Below are positions 28,918 to 38,544 of a stretch of 64,000 bases of DNA, piece after piece (the first letter of the stretch is position 1; every line of letters starts with the position of its first letter). The DNA is from a virus. Taxonomy: Duplodnaviria > Heunggongvirae > Uroviricota > Caudoviricetes. Below the pieces are notes generated by a model. The model ran no database searches. It had not been told where the DNA came from and saw only the letters and a list, made by a program, of their open reading frames with translations. The stretch is taken from the IMG/VR virus record IMGVR_UViG_3300028840_001821. The stretch is one strand, 5' to 3'. The position numbers were made by a program, and so were the translations under genes.

Positions 28918-29771
28918 TGATCCCGCGCAGGTTTTTTCTTTTTTGGTCGGCGGACAAGCTATCGTATCTACGGTTCCTGTGTCTGAAGTCAATACGTCAC
29001 TTCCATCCAGACTGGCAGATCGATCTATTCCTCCAGCGTCCGAAAGATGCCGAGAAGACTTGGCTCGGCGACGGCAAGCAGGACTTTCATGTTTACGAGG
29101 GGAAGGACTACCTTCCATTCCTGAAGGATCTGCGTATCAACGTGATCCCTGTGGAGGGTGAATTGAGCCGCCTCCTCGATGACAAGGCTCCCGTCCATTC
29201 CAGCGACATCTTCCGCTTCCAAGAGCTACACAAGAACGGCGGCATCTATGTAGATACAGACACGCTGTTCACGGGTCCGATCGATGACCTATATGACGTT
29301 GTGAAAGACAAGGACGCGGTCATTACATACAGCGTGGCACAGGGTTTCCAGATTGGATTCCTTGCAGCGAGCCCCGGCAGCGAGTTCTTCAAGGAGTTGC
29401 TTGCCAGTAGTCATGGCGGCTTTAAGCCGGAGCACTACCAGTCTTGTGGGACAGACGCGCTATACTTGTTGTTGGACCCAGGGTGCGATCCGCACAATTC
29501 GTTTCGGCTACTCTCTGCGCGATATGACCAAGTGTTGGTTGACAGGTTCCCCAACTCTTGCATCGTGCCCAGCGAGACGCTGTATCCGTATAATTGTGAC
29601 GTGATCCCCTCAATCTTTGAGGGGGAGGATCGAGAGATCCCTCAATACTGCGTACATCTATTCGGTGGGCATCCACTCTTCCAGGAATACAATAGTAAGT
29701 TGACGCCGGATAACGCGCATGAGTTTGATGGCTTCGTCTTTTGGGTGATCCGTGAGATAGGGTTGGTGTGA
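28917..29771 (+). CDS. GT32-like (DxD, Gly_transf_sug) glycosyltransferase
   Basis: MIPRRFFLFW; SDIFRFQELHKNGGIYVDTD. Confidence 0.85.
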   Translation: MIPRRFFLFWSADKLSYLRFLCLKSIRHFHPDWQIDLFLQRPKDAEKTWLGDGKQDFHVYEGKDYLPFLKDLRINVIPVEGELSRLLDDKAPVHSSDIFRFQELHKNGGIYVDTDTLFTGPIDDLYDVVKDKDAVITYSVAQGFQIGFLAASPGSEFFKELLASSHGGFKPEHYQSCGTDALYLLLDPGCDPHNSFRLLSARYDQVLVDRFPNSCIVPSETLYPYNCDVIPSIFEGEDREIPQYCVHLFGGHPLFQEYNSKLTPDNAHEFDGFVFWVIREIGLV

Positions 29772-30643
29772 TGTTGACCATTGCGGTTGGTATCAAGAAT
29801 CGGGCAGAACAGCTAGGCTTGACGCTGAGTAGTGTTCTTCATCATTCTAGCGAGGCGCTCAAGGCTAGTGAGGTTGAACTACTCGTAATCGATGAAGAGA
29901 GCACCGACGGGCTAGAGGATCTTTTACTGCAAGTCCGCGACTACTTTAATACTATCCGGCTCGTCCAGATCGACGTGAAGAGAGCCGGGGTGGACATCGT
30001 GTCGGGCAGCGCGACGATCACAACCAATCTGGCATTTCTGTTGGCGGGTGGTAATCGCGTACTGAAGTTCCAACCAGAAACACTCTTCCTGAAAGACAAC
30101 ATTGCGTTCATGCTGCGCAACGAAGACCTTGGCAAGCGGGTGCCGTTTGCTAACACGTTCAGTGGACAGGCGAAGTTGTCGCCGGAGATGGTAGTTGACG
30201 TTCAGTATAATGCGCCCTTATTAGATCATCGTGCATATCACGTGAACCAGCCCGGCGTGTCGTATCATCTCGCGCAAGACGCGGAAGTGGGCACCGCCCT
30301 CGTGGCGTCAGACCTGGGGAGTCCCTTCTATCCCTACGTGTGGGGTTGTGCGAAAGACCTATTCCTAGAGAGTGGGTTGATCGATATCGACTTCATGAGC
30401 GGTTGGGCGGCAGAAGATGACTTCATGATGCTGCGCTTAGCGCAGGCTGGCGGAGAGCTTCAGGTTGTAGATGATATGCAAGCGTATCATCTATGGCACA
30501 AGAGTAGTGGTCGCTTTCGTGGCGGTCCATTTCACAAGAGGAATATCAACGTGCTCAACGGGCTGCGGGATATCGAGCCTGATGAATTTCAGCGAAGAGC
30601 CCAAAGGAATAAGGACCTTTCGCTCAAGTGTATCTTAGGATAA
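29768..30643 (+). CDS. GT2/GT7C-like glycosyltransferase
   Basis: LTIAVGIKNR; GLIDIDFMSGWAAEDDFM..RL; YHLWH. Confidence 0.75.
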   Translation: MMLTIAVGIKNRAEQLGLTLSSVLHHSSEALKASEVELLVIDEESTDGLEDLLLQVRDYFNTIRLVQIDVKRAGVDIVSGSATITTNLAFLLAGGNRVLKFQPETLFLKDNIAFMLRNEDLGKRVPFANTFSGQAKLSPEMVVDVQYNAPLLDHRAYHVNQPGVSYHLAQDAEVGTALVASDLGSPFYPYVWGCAKDLFLESGLIDIDFMSGWAAEDDFMMLRLAQAGGELQVVDDMQAYHLWHKSSGRFRGGPFHKRNINVLNGLRDIEPDEFQRRAQRNKDLSLKCILG

Positions 30644-30647
30644 GAAC

Positions 30648-31412
30648 ATGAAACTAGTTGGCTACGTTCAGCTAAAGAACGAGCGTCGCTCAGGACACCT
30701 ACGTCGTTGTCTTGAAAACCTCAGCTTGGTGTGCGACGACTTTGTTATCTACGACGACGGTTCCGACGACGGGTCTCAAGAGATCTATCGTAAGTACACG
30801 CCCCACGTGATTCAGGGTCCCGGCGGTATGTTCCAGCGCGAGGCGGAGATTAGCCAGCAGTTACTCGATTACTGCCGTGACGTACTCAATGGAGATTGGG
30901 CGGTTTGGATCGACGGCGATGCCGTGTTCAATAGAGCCGCCACAGACGAGGGCGCAATCCGGGACCTAATGGAGAAGGCAGACAAATTAGATGGGTGCGA
31001 TGGCTATGCGATTCATTGGATTAACACGTATCTCAGCCCGCGCTGGTATCGTGTAGACGATCGATTCGACGACTTGCTTACCGTCGGTTTATTTCGTTTG
31101 ACGCCAGAATTGGCGTATGATTTGACGCCGGGACTTCATCGTCAGCGGTTTCCGAATGGGGTGGCTCAGGTGGAAGACCAGCGCGTGGTCGAAATCATTC
31201 ACCTGGGCTTCTCATCCCAGGAGGAGATCGAGCGGAAGTACCGCCAGTATCGGGCGCTGGGGCAGACGGGCTGGGCGTTGGAGCGTATGCTTTCCACCCA
31301 GCCGTCGCTGTCCTATATGCCGGACTATCTCTTTCCTTCTCATTACCAGCCGAAGCCGGAGGGTGATCCGCCGGTCATCCCGGATTGGTCATATTTGAGG
31401 AATGAATCATGA
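30648..31412 (+). CDS. GT2-like glycosyltransferase, paralogue B
   Basis: FVIYDDGSDDGS; WIDGDAVF; IIHLGF; co-linear with paralogue A. Confidence 0.8.
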   Translation: MKLVGYVQLKNERRSGHLRRCLENLSLVCDDFVIYDDGSDDGSQEIYRKYTPHVIQGPGGMFQREAEISQQLLDYCRDVLNGDWAVWIDGDAVFNRAATDEGAIRDLMEKADKLDGCDGYAIHWINTYLSPRWYRVDDRFDDLLTVGLFRLTPELAYDLTPGLHRQRFPNGVAQVEDQRVVEIIHLGFSSQEEIERKYRQYRALGQTGWALERMLSTQPSLSYMPDYLFPSHYQPKPEGDPPVIPDWSYLRNES

Positions 31413-32011
31413 ACCTTCCGAATTACCGCGTGACCTTTGGCGGCATCGAGATTGACTATAAGAGTAATTTCGAGAAGTGCCGAGAGTACGTACCCCATGT
31501 AGACCAGATCATGCAGATCCTCGAACACAACGATGTGCCGGATGCTTGCCGGTGGTTCTTCTTCGAGCCATATGCTGAGATTACATGGATTGAATATAAC
31601 GTTATTAGGGCACAGAAGATTCTTGATGAAATCAAAGAATATCTAGACGAGCATCCGGAGTTGACTGATGTCAAGTTTCTAACGCCTGACAATGGCATGT
31701 TTGCCGACTGGTATTTCAAACCGGGCAACTTGGAAGAACGTCAGTTCGGATATAGCCGTTATGCTCTATGCGCTAGACAGGCTGAGTTGTTCTATGACTT
31801 CATGGAAGATGTTGAGCAACCACGTGGGACGGGGCTTGAAGAGCATTACGCGAGGTCATGCCACGTGCTCGCAAACCAGCTTGGTCTCTCGTATAAAGAG
31901 GAGGGGCGGATTCTCTTCTGGCGGGGTGTCCTATGTAAACTCTTCTGGATGTTTGGTCACCACAAAGCCGTGTGGATTTATACCAAGATTTTTAGGCAGA
32001 AATACCAATGA
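31409..32011 (+). CDS. Hypothetical protein, 200 aa
   Basis: ATGA overlaps at both ends; no motif recognised. Confidence 0.55.
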   Translation: MNLPNYRVTFGGIEIDYKSNFEKCREYVPHVDQIMQILEHNDVPDACRWFFFEPYAEITWIEYNVIRAQKILDEIKEYLDEHPELTDVKFLTPDNGMFADWYFKPGNLEERQFGYSRYALCARQAELFYDFMEDVEQPRGTGLEEHYARSCHVLANQLGLSYKEEGRILFWRGVLCKLFWMFGHHKAVWIYTKIFRQKYQ

Positions 32012-32832
32012 GAGCAGTAGGCTATCTTCAACTGAAGAACGAACTCCAGAACGGCAACCTGCGTCGCGTGCTGGAGAATATGCGCCTCATCCTGGGCGAC
32101 GATAACTTCGTCATCTATGATGATGGCAGCGACGACGGGTCCCAAGAGGTCTATAAGGAATACACCAGTCACGTAATCCAAGGGCACGGCGGCGAGTTCT
32201 GCCGGGAGTTGTTTATCAAGCAGCAGCTTCTCGACTATGCCCGCGACGTTCTCAAGGGCGACTGGATTGTCTGGCAGGATGGCGACACGATCTTTGACCG
32301 CGCAGGAACCGACGAGGGTAAGATCATGGAGTTGATCGAGCGCGGCGAGGCTGAGGGCGTCACGGGTTGGGGAACCCATTGGCTGAACAGCTACTTACAC
32401 CCGCGCTGGTATAGAACAGACCAGCAGTTTAACGAGTTCGGACAGATGTGTATCTACAAGATCGAGCCCGGTCTGAAGTATAACCTGCGTCCGGGGCTAC
32501 ACCAGAAGCAGACGCCGGACGTGTCGAACATGCTGGACCAGTCGGATGTCGAGATCATTCATCTCGGCTTTGCGTCACCCGAGGCAATCGAGCAGAAGTA
32601 TGTACAATATTGGCACTGTGGTCAACGCGGCTGGGCATTAGAGCGTCTCATCTCCACAGCGGAAATGAGCCTTATGCCAATCGCAGACGACAGGATGCCG
32701 TCGCACTATTGCCCCGAGTTGGGTTCGAGACCACAGGAAATCAACTTCGACTATCTGCGCCGTAAGTATCCGGCGCTGGGACTAGATCAGCAATGGCAGA
32801 TCGATGACTATAGGTGTGCGGACGGATCATGA
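32008..32832 (+). CDS. GT2-like glycosyltransferase, paralogue C
   Basis: FVIYDDGSDDGS; WQDGDTIF; IIHLGF. Confidence 0.8.
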   Translation: MRAVGYLQLKNELQNGNLRRVLENMRLILGDDNFVIYDDGSDDGSQEVYKEYTSHVIQGHGGEFCRELFIKQQLLDYARDVLKGDWIVWQDGDTIFDRAGTDEGKIMELIERGEAEGVTGWGTHWLNSYLHPRWYRTDQQFNEFGQMCIYKIEPGLKYNLRPGLHQKQTPDVSNMLDQSDVEIIHLGFASPEAIEQKYVQYWHCGQRGWALERLISTAEMSLMPIADDRMPSHYCPELGSRPQEINFDYLRRKYPALGLDQQWQIDDYRCADGS

Positions 32833-33434
32833 AACACATTCATCACTTACTTCAAGAGCAATTCCATGCTCCTCTGATGAACTTCCTGCGGACCCATGCC
32901 GGGAAGATGGGGAAGAGTCTTGTAACGATCGGGTGGGATGATGACACCCCGTCTCGTCAGTGGGTAGACTTGTTCCAGGACGACCTCGGCTTCGAGCGCA
33001 TTATGATTATCGAAGCACACAGGTCCAATGCGCATATTGCACGAGCGTGGTATCGTAACGACCCGCGCATCGAGGTTGTTGGATCGTCCATCCAGGAGGC
33101 GGTAGACAATGACGCGCTATGGGAGCGCGGATTCGACACGTGTATTTGGAGCCATGGACCCGAGCATGTTGGGATTGAAGAGCACGAGACCCTGATGCCG
33201 AAACTCCTGGACCGGCTCGATATGCTATTCTTAGCGTGGACACCGTGGGGTAATTACTACGGCGAGGATGCTGGTAACCATAACCCGTGGCAGCGTCACC
33301 GCATCGTGGTTCCTACGCCAGAGGTCTTCGCATCTTTGAACCTTGGGCTAGAGATTTCTACCTGCGATGTTGAGAATAGTCCCAACGCCCTGGTTTGGAT
33401 GTATAAATGGCTGGTAAACCAAGAAGAAATCTAA
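32829..33434 (+). CDS. Probable divergent class I SAM-methyltransferase-fold protein
   Basis: LVTIGW...IMIIEAH...GFDTCIWSHGPEH...TPWG resembles the MTase strand order; glycine loop atypical. Confidence 0.45.
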   Translation: MKHIHHLLQEQFHAPLMNFLRTHAGKMGKSLVTIGWDDDTPSRQWVDLFQDDLGFERIMIIEAHRSNAHIARAWYRNDPRIEVVGSSIQEAVDNDALWERGFDTCIWSHGPEHVGIEEHETLMPKLLDRLDMLFLAWTPWGNYYGEDAGNHNPWQRHRIVVPTPEVFASLNLGLEISTCDVENSPNALVWMYKWLVNQEEI

Positions 33435-33940
33435 TTCTGCTCTATCCAGATCGTGCAGAGTTCTGTCTTAGTAATGGTATGCGTGCCATAGTAGATAGAC
33501 AAGATCTTGATTTGGTGCGGGATTATACATGGACTGCTCATAGCGTCGGTAACGCTTATTATGCCGTTGGTGGGTATAAGCCTCAACGTAGTATGCACAG
33601 AATAATATTGCCGGATGCGCCCGAAGTAGACCATATCAACCATAACGGTTTGGATAATCGTAGAATCAATCTTCGTTCAGCATCTCGTGCTGAGAATGCC
33701 CGTAATAGAGCGAAACAAAAAACAAATTCTGGCAAGTCCCCTCTGAAGGGTGTGACATTAGACAACGGGCGCTGGCGAGCTGTCATTTATGTGAATAATA
33801 AGAAAATTTCTCTTGGTAGTTTTAATTCTGATATTGAAGCTGCGAAAGCATACGACACTGCTGCTCGTCAACATTATGGTGAATATGCTAAGACAAATTT
33901 TGGAGATGAGGATGAAATTAAATATAGTGACAGTGAGTAG
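33407..33940 (+). CDS. HNH-AP2 homing endonuclease
   Basis: MHRIIL...VDHINHNGLDNRRINLR...EN; AP2 domain KGV...WRAVI...LGSF...AAKAYD.AA...GEYA..NF; AT-rich. Confidence 0.92.
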   Translation: MAGKPRRNLILLYPDRAEFCLSNGMRAIVDRQDLDLVRDYTWTAHSVGNAYYAVGGYKPQRSMHRIILPDAPEVDHINHNGLDNRRINLRSASRAENARNRAKQKTNSGKSPLKGVTLDNGRWRAVIYVNNKKISLGSFNSDIEAAKAYDTAARQHYGEYAKTNFGDEDEIKYSDSE

Positions 33941-34829
33941 TGGATGGATATTAACTAAGATTGCCGAACGTCTCGCAGCCAATCTCCCTGAAGGTTGGGA
34001 CCATGCAATCTCTCACAATGCATTCCCCGGATTTGACGCCTACTTCTACTGCGATATTCAGAACTGTTATCGTAACGGCAAGGTCACCTATCCCGACGCC
34101 ACCCACGTAGGCTATATCACCCACGCCCACGAGGACAGCGCAGACTGGCTGCGCGATATGTTCAACAACCAGGGCGTGTGGGGTCTGGACGGCATCAAGT
34201 CCATGAATGAGCGGTATACTAAGATGTGCCGCGAGATCGGCTACGGTGGTCCTCTCACAACCGTCACCCCGCCAGCAATCGCGGAAGACTTCCCGCTGCG
34301 GAAGATCAAGCTGCTGATCGCCAACCGGGGTGGTTTTCCTGGTTACGGGCATGACTTCATGCTTAATCTGCCAGACCACAAGGAGTTCTGCAAGCTGCTG
34401 AAGGAGAGATATGAACTCATCTTCGTGGGTAATGGTTGGGAGCCCGTAGTAGACAAGTACGAACAGAACAATATCGAGGTATTACACATCCCCGATAGCC
34501 ACTGCACATACCCACAAGACTACGCCAAGCTATATCATCAGGTAGACTATCTCCTGGTGCCGATCCTTTGGACAGCCGGACCGTATTGTGGGATGGAGGC
34601 TCACTTAGCTGGGCTTCCGATCATCGCCTCAGACGTGGGTCTCTTCAACTATGAGATCCAGCCTGAGCATTGCTATCCGCCGGGGGATGTGGAGGCTCTT
34701 CTCCACATCTTACAGACGCGGGCAGAGGCGCGGGAGTATCGTCGCAAGGCGATTATGGAGTTGGGTGATTGGAAGAGCTATGCGGACAAAGTCGTAGCCT
34801 TCATTGAGGAATGCAAAAATGCAGGATAG
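33912..34829 (+). CDS. GT4-like glycosyltransferase (divergent)
   Basis: VDYLLVPILWTAGPYCGMEAHLAGLPIIASDVG; YPPGDVEAL. Start at 33906 or 33912. Confidence 0.72.
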   Translation: MKLNIVTVSSGWILTKIAERLAANLPEGWDHAISHNAFPGFDAYFYCDIQNCYRNGKVTYPDATHVGYITHAHEDSADWLRDMFNNQGVWGLDGIKSMNERYTKMCREIGYGGPLTTVTPPAIAEDFPLRKIKLLIANRGGFPGYGHDFMLNLPDHKEFCKLLKERYELIFVGNGWEPVVDKYEQNNIEVLHIPDSHCTYPQDYAKLYHQVDYLLVPILWTAGPYCGMEAHLAGLPIIASDVGLFNYEIQPEHCYPPGDVEALLHILQTRAEAREYRRKAIMELGDWKSYADKVVAFIEECKNAG

Positions 34830-35922
34830 TAGAGTTAGAGTAGGCGGCGTCATGCTGTCTCCTATGGAGGCGGCACTTGTTGCGCACGCTATTGATCGCG
34901 GGTCGATCGGTCCAGGCAAGCTGACCGAGTCGTTTGAACGAGAGTTGGCGGCAGTCCACGGCTACAAGCACGCGCTGTGTTTGAATAGCGGGCAGTCTGC
35001 CCTAATGATCGCCCTGGAGGCACTGCGTCTTCAGTCGGGTCGTCCGCTGCGCGTGGCTGTCCCGGCAATCACCTACATCTCCAGCTTGGCGGCGGTGATC
35101 CAGTCCGGCAATGAGCCCGTGCTCGTGGACGTGCATAAAGAGCCTCACGCCGAGATGGATTATGATCAGGTGCCAGAAGACGTGGACATCATCATGCCGG
35201 TCCACCTGTTCGGCGCGGCTATCTCACGCCCGTATCCGTTCAAGAACATCTCTGTCGAGGATGCGTGCGAGGCGTGCTATGCCCCGGGCGTAGGCTTCGG
35301 TCAGATCCTTTGCACTTCCTTCTACTCCTCTCATACGGTCACGACCGGCATGGGTGGGGCGATCATGTGCAATGATGATGATTTCTACTTTAAGTGCTGG
35401 AAGTTGATCAACCACGGTCGCGTCAAACACGACGACTATACTGCCACGGCGAACCTGAAGGACCGCTTCACGTTTGACGAGTGGGGTTACTCGTTGAAGT
35501 ATGCGGATCTGAACGCGGCGCTTGGTCTTGCCCAGCATTACAACCGGGACAACATCATTGAGGCACGGCAGTATATCGGGATGCTTCTGACGCACGGACT
35601 TCAGGAACTTGGTTTCCAGCAGGGAGTCCACGTGATGCCAGTAGAGAACAACACATATATGATGTATCCGATTCTGCTCGACCAGGGCATGGACCGGGAT
35701 CGTATCGTTGACTGTTTGAATGCTAGCGATATCGAGACGCGCATGATGATGCCCATCACGTCGCAGCCGGTGGTGCAGAAGCACTTTGGTGACGACGTAG
35801 AGGGTAAGTTCCCGAACGCCAAGTATATCAACGAACACGGCTTCTACGTTGGCTCGCATCCGATGATGAGCGACGAAGACGTGGCGCAGATCATCGCGGC
35901 ATTGCAGGAGGCAATTCAGTGA
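34819..35922 (+). CDS. DegT/DnrJ-family PLP enzyme with His replacing the catalytic Lys (ColD/RfbH-like 3-dehydratase)
   Basis: NSGQSAL; VPAITY; PVHLFG; EDACEA; SFYSSHTVTTGMGG where aminotransferases have SFxxxKxxTTGEGG. Confidence 0.85.
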   Translation: MQDSRVRVGGVMLSPMEAALVAHAIDRGSIGPGKLTESFERELAAVHGYKHALCLNSGQSALMIALEALRLQSGRPLRVAVPAITYISSLAAVIQSGNEPVLVDVHKEPHAEMDYDQVPEDVDIIMPVHLFGAAISRPYPFKNISVEDACEACYAPGVGFGQILCTSFYSSHTVTTGMGGAIMCNDDDFYFKCWKLINHGRVKHDDYTATANLKDRFTFDEWGYSLKYADLNAALGLAQHYNRDNIIEARQYIGMLLTHGLQELGFQQGVHVMPVENNTYMMYPILLDQGMDRDRIVDCLNASDIETRMMMPITSQPVVQKHFGDDVEGKFPNAKYINEHGFYVGSHPMMSDEDVAQIIAALQEAIQ

Positions 35923-36614
35923 AAATCATTCGCCATAGGGGACAGGAGCAATTAAGTCGAAACATGCTGGGCTCCTATGAGATCGACGTACGCCTGTGCG
36001 ATGACGAAGACGGCGATCCGAGTGATTCGTTTTTGATTTTGCGGCATGACCTTCATGGCGGAATGCGCGGTGAGCCATTGGGGACCTTTCTATCCGGGTG
36101 GTTGCGAGACAACGTCGGGCAGAGGAATCTTCTTGCACTTAACGTCAAACAAGATGGCTTGGCTCCCATGCTGAACGAACTCTTACAGCATCACGGGATT
36201 CTGCAAGACCAGTACTTCTGCTTTGATATGGCACAGCCGGAGATTCCCATCTATGCTCAGGCGGGGTTACCGCTTGCCACTCGTGCGAGCCAATACGGGA
36301 TCGAGTATCCTATGGGCGAGTATATCTGGTTCGACTGGTATCCTCATGTGACCGTGAGTCCTGCGTCTCTATACCAAGAGCTAACGATGAACCTCACTCG
36401 GGCTCGCGTAGATGAGGGCGCTCTCAAGATTGTCGCCGTCTCTCCAGAGCTACATGGCGAGTATAAGACGCACGTGAGAGAGGCGGTCTGGTCTCTTGCG
36501 CGTGAAAAGAACTTTTGGGGTGTATGTACTAAGTTCGCAGATGAAGCGGAGAAGTTTTTCAATGACAGTAAAGGCAATACTATGCGACCTGGACGGAGTA
36601 CTGGTCCCCGCTAA
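35919..36614 (+). CDS. Glycerophosphodiester phosphodiesterase / PI-PLC-like TIM-barrel protein
   Basis: IIRHRG; YEIDVRL; ILRHD; LNVK; VSPELHG. Confidence 0.65.
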   Translation: MKIIRHRGQEQLSRNMLGSYEIDVRLCDDEDGDPSDSFLILRHDLHGGMRGEPLGTFLSGWLRDNVGQRNLLALNVKQDGLAPMLNELLQHHGILQDQYFCFDMAQPEIPIYAQAGLPLATRASQYGIEYPMGEYIWFDWYPHVTVSPASLYQELTMNLTRARVDEGALKIVAVSPELHGEYKTHVREAVWSLAREKNFWGVCTKFADEAEKFFNDSKGNTMRPGRSTGPR

Positions 36615-37182
36615 GGAACTCCACTATCAGGCGTTCAATGAGGCGCTGATGGAGGTAACGGGGAAGGTAATCTCGCGCCAGGAGCATATCGAGGATTTCA
36701 ACGGGCTTCCTACAAAGGTAAAGCTGCGCGCCCTTGTAGATCAAGGACGCGTGAAGCCCGAGGAGTTCGACGATATCTCCCGCATCAAGCAGGACAAGAC
36801 GTGGGAGTTGATCCCGCAGATTATTGAGCGCGACGAGACTATCGTGGGGCTGGGCGAATACTGGAAAGAGCGAGGGTATAAGGTAGCCTGCGTCACCAAC
36901 TCAATTCGCCACTCTACTATTTTGCTGTTACGAGCATGTGGGATCTTCCCATACATCGACACGATCATCTCAAACGAGGATATGGACGCACCGAAGCCGG
37001 AGCCAGACGGCTACTGGCAAGCGATGAGGGCGTTCGGGGTTCATCCCGGCGAGTGCGTGATCGTGGAGGATTCTCATAAGGGATTCAAGTCAGCAGTACG
37101 GACTGGCTGTCTGAATATCTGGTACGTTCGTGGGGTAGACGAACTAACAATTCCGAATTTCAATCAGTTCATGGATAGGTAA
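36562..37182 (+). CDS. HAD phosphatase (beta-PGM/CbbY-like)
   Basis: ILCDLDGVLV; CVTNS; KPEPDGY; IVEDSHKG. Confidence 0.88.
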   Translation: MTVKAILCDLDGVLVPAKELHYQAFNEALMEVTGKVISRQEHIEDFNGLPTKVKLRALVDQGRVKPEEFDDISRIKQDKTWELIPQIIERDETIVGLGEYWKERGYKVACVTNSIRHSTILLLRACGIFPYIDTIISNEDMDAPKPEPDGYWQAMRAFGVHPGECVIVEDSHKGFKSAVRTGCLNIWYVRGVDELTIPNFNQFMDR

Positions 37183-37183
37183 G

Positions 37184-37804
37184 ATGACATTACTAGACGA
37201 GGTTGTTGCTGTCGCTGTGCCGGAAGTGCAGGACGTATTCGATCATCCGCTGCTTGTGCATATTCCAAAAGCACAGCAGCCCGAGGATCTCAGGCTCCAG
37301 CGCATGGTGTTAGATGCTTTTAAGCCAAAGACCATGTTGGAGATTGGAGTGGACCAGGGATATTCAACCATCTCTTTCTTAACCTATCCCTCCTCGCTAC
37401 AGGAATACACAGGGGTGGATATCAACGCGCAGCCATTCGTGAGCAAGTTTCAACATCCACTCTTCCGATTTCATCACCAGTGCATGTTCGAGTTCTTTCG
37501 GCAGAACTCACAGAAGTTCGACCTCGTACACATCGACGGAGAGCATCACGAGGTTACGTTCGTGAATGGCTATCTCGACGCACTACCCCACCTGTGTCAC
37601 GAGACCAGCGTTGTGATGATCCACGATATATACGCAAGGGCACCATCGGCGGAGTATTGCACGGTCAAGGGGCGCACCGGCGAGTTCGCTGACTTCTTTA
37701 TCGCTGATGAGATCACGCCTGAGCAGGTAGGTGCCGGGGTTCACAGGCAGTTGTTTAACGGACTAGAAGGCTATTTTGTAGGACGAGTCAAATGCCCAAT
37801 CTAA
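37184..37804 (+). CDS. Class I SAM-dependent methyltransferase (Methyltransf_24-like)
   Basis: MLEIGVDQGYS; FDLVHIDGEH; VMIHD. Confidence 0.82.
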   Translation: MTLLDEVVAVAVPEVQDVFDHPLLVHIPKAQQPEDLRLQRMVLDAFKPKTMLEIGVDQGYSTISFLTYPSSLQEYTGVDINAQPFVSKFQHPLFRFHHQCMFEFFRQNSQKFDLVHIDGEHHEVTFVNGYLDALPHLCHETSVVMIHDIYARAPSAEYCTVKGRTGEFADFFIADEITPEQVGAGVHRQLFNGLEGYFVGRVKCPI

Positions 37805-38544
37805 ACATCGTTGTTCCTATGGCGGGCGAGGGGAGCCGTTTCGCACAGCAGGGTTACTCCTTTCCTAAGCCACTCATCCAGATGCCAGATGGCAACCCTA
37901 TGATCAAGTCGGTTATCGACTGTGTGAATATCCACGGGGCTAGCTGGCACTTCATCGTGCGCCAAGAGCATGTGGATCGATACAAGGTCGATCAGGTACT
38001 CGACCGTATGTTGGAGAAGTATCATCCCGTAATGGTCAACTACACGGTTGTGAATGAGACTACCGAGGGCGCGGCTTGCACCGTGCTGCTGACGCGGGAT
38101 TACATCGACAAGGAAGACAGCCAGCTATTGGTTGTCAACTCGGACCAGTATTTCCGTTGGGACCCACAAAGCTTCTTCTATGAGATGGAAGAGCAGAAGG
38201 CTAACGCCGGTATCCTCACGTTCAAGTCCTGGCACCCGAAGTGGTCATTCGCCAAGGTGGACGTTAACGGTCGCGTGACCCACGTGGCTGAGAAGGACCC
38301 GATCAGTGACAATGCTACGGTGGGCGTATATTGGTGGAAAAAGGGCTCCGACTTCGTTGCAGCGGCGGACGAGATGATCAGGCTGAACCTGCGCGTCAAC
38401 GGCGAGTTCTACGTGGCTCCGACGTTCAACAACCTCAATGGTCCTATCTATCCTTACGAGGTATCATTCATGGCTGGTGTTGGGACGCCGGAAGACCTGC
38501 GCAAGTTCGAGATGATGTACTGGCTTGGAAAGGTTCCACAATGA
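37792..38544 (+). CDS. Nucleotidyltransferase (NTP_transferase, GT-A fold)
   Basis: IVVPMAGEGSRF...FPKPLI; TEGAACTV; VVNSDQ; VAEKDPIS..ATVGVY; NGEFYVAP; GTPEDL. Confidence 0.87.
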   Translation: MPNLNIVVPMAGEGSRFAQQGYSFPKPLIQMPDGNPMIKSVIDCVNIHGASWHFIVRQEHVDRYKVDQVLDRMLEKYHPVMVNYTVVNETTEGAACTVLLTRDYIDKEDSQLLVVNSDQYFRWDPQSFFYEMEEQKANAGILTFKSWHPKWSFAKVDVNGRVTHVAEKDPISDNATVGVYWWKKGSDFVAAADEMIRLNLRVNGEFYVAPTFNNLNGPIYPYEVSFMAGVGTPEDLRKFEMMYWLGKVPQ

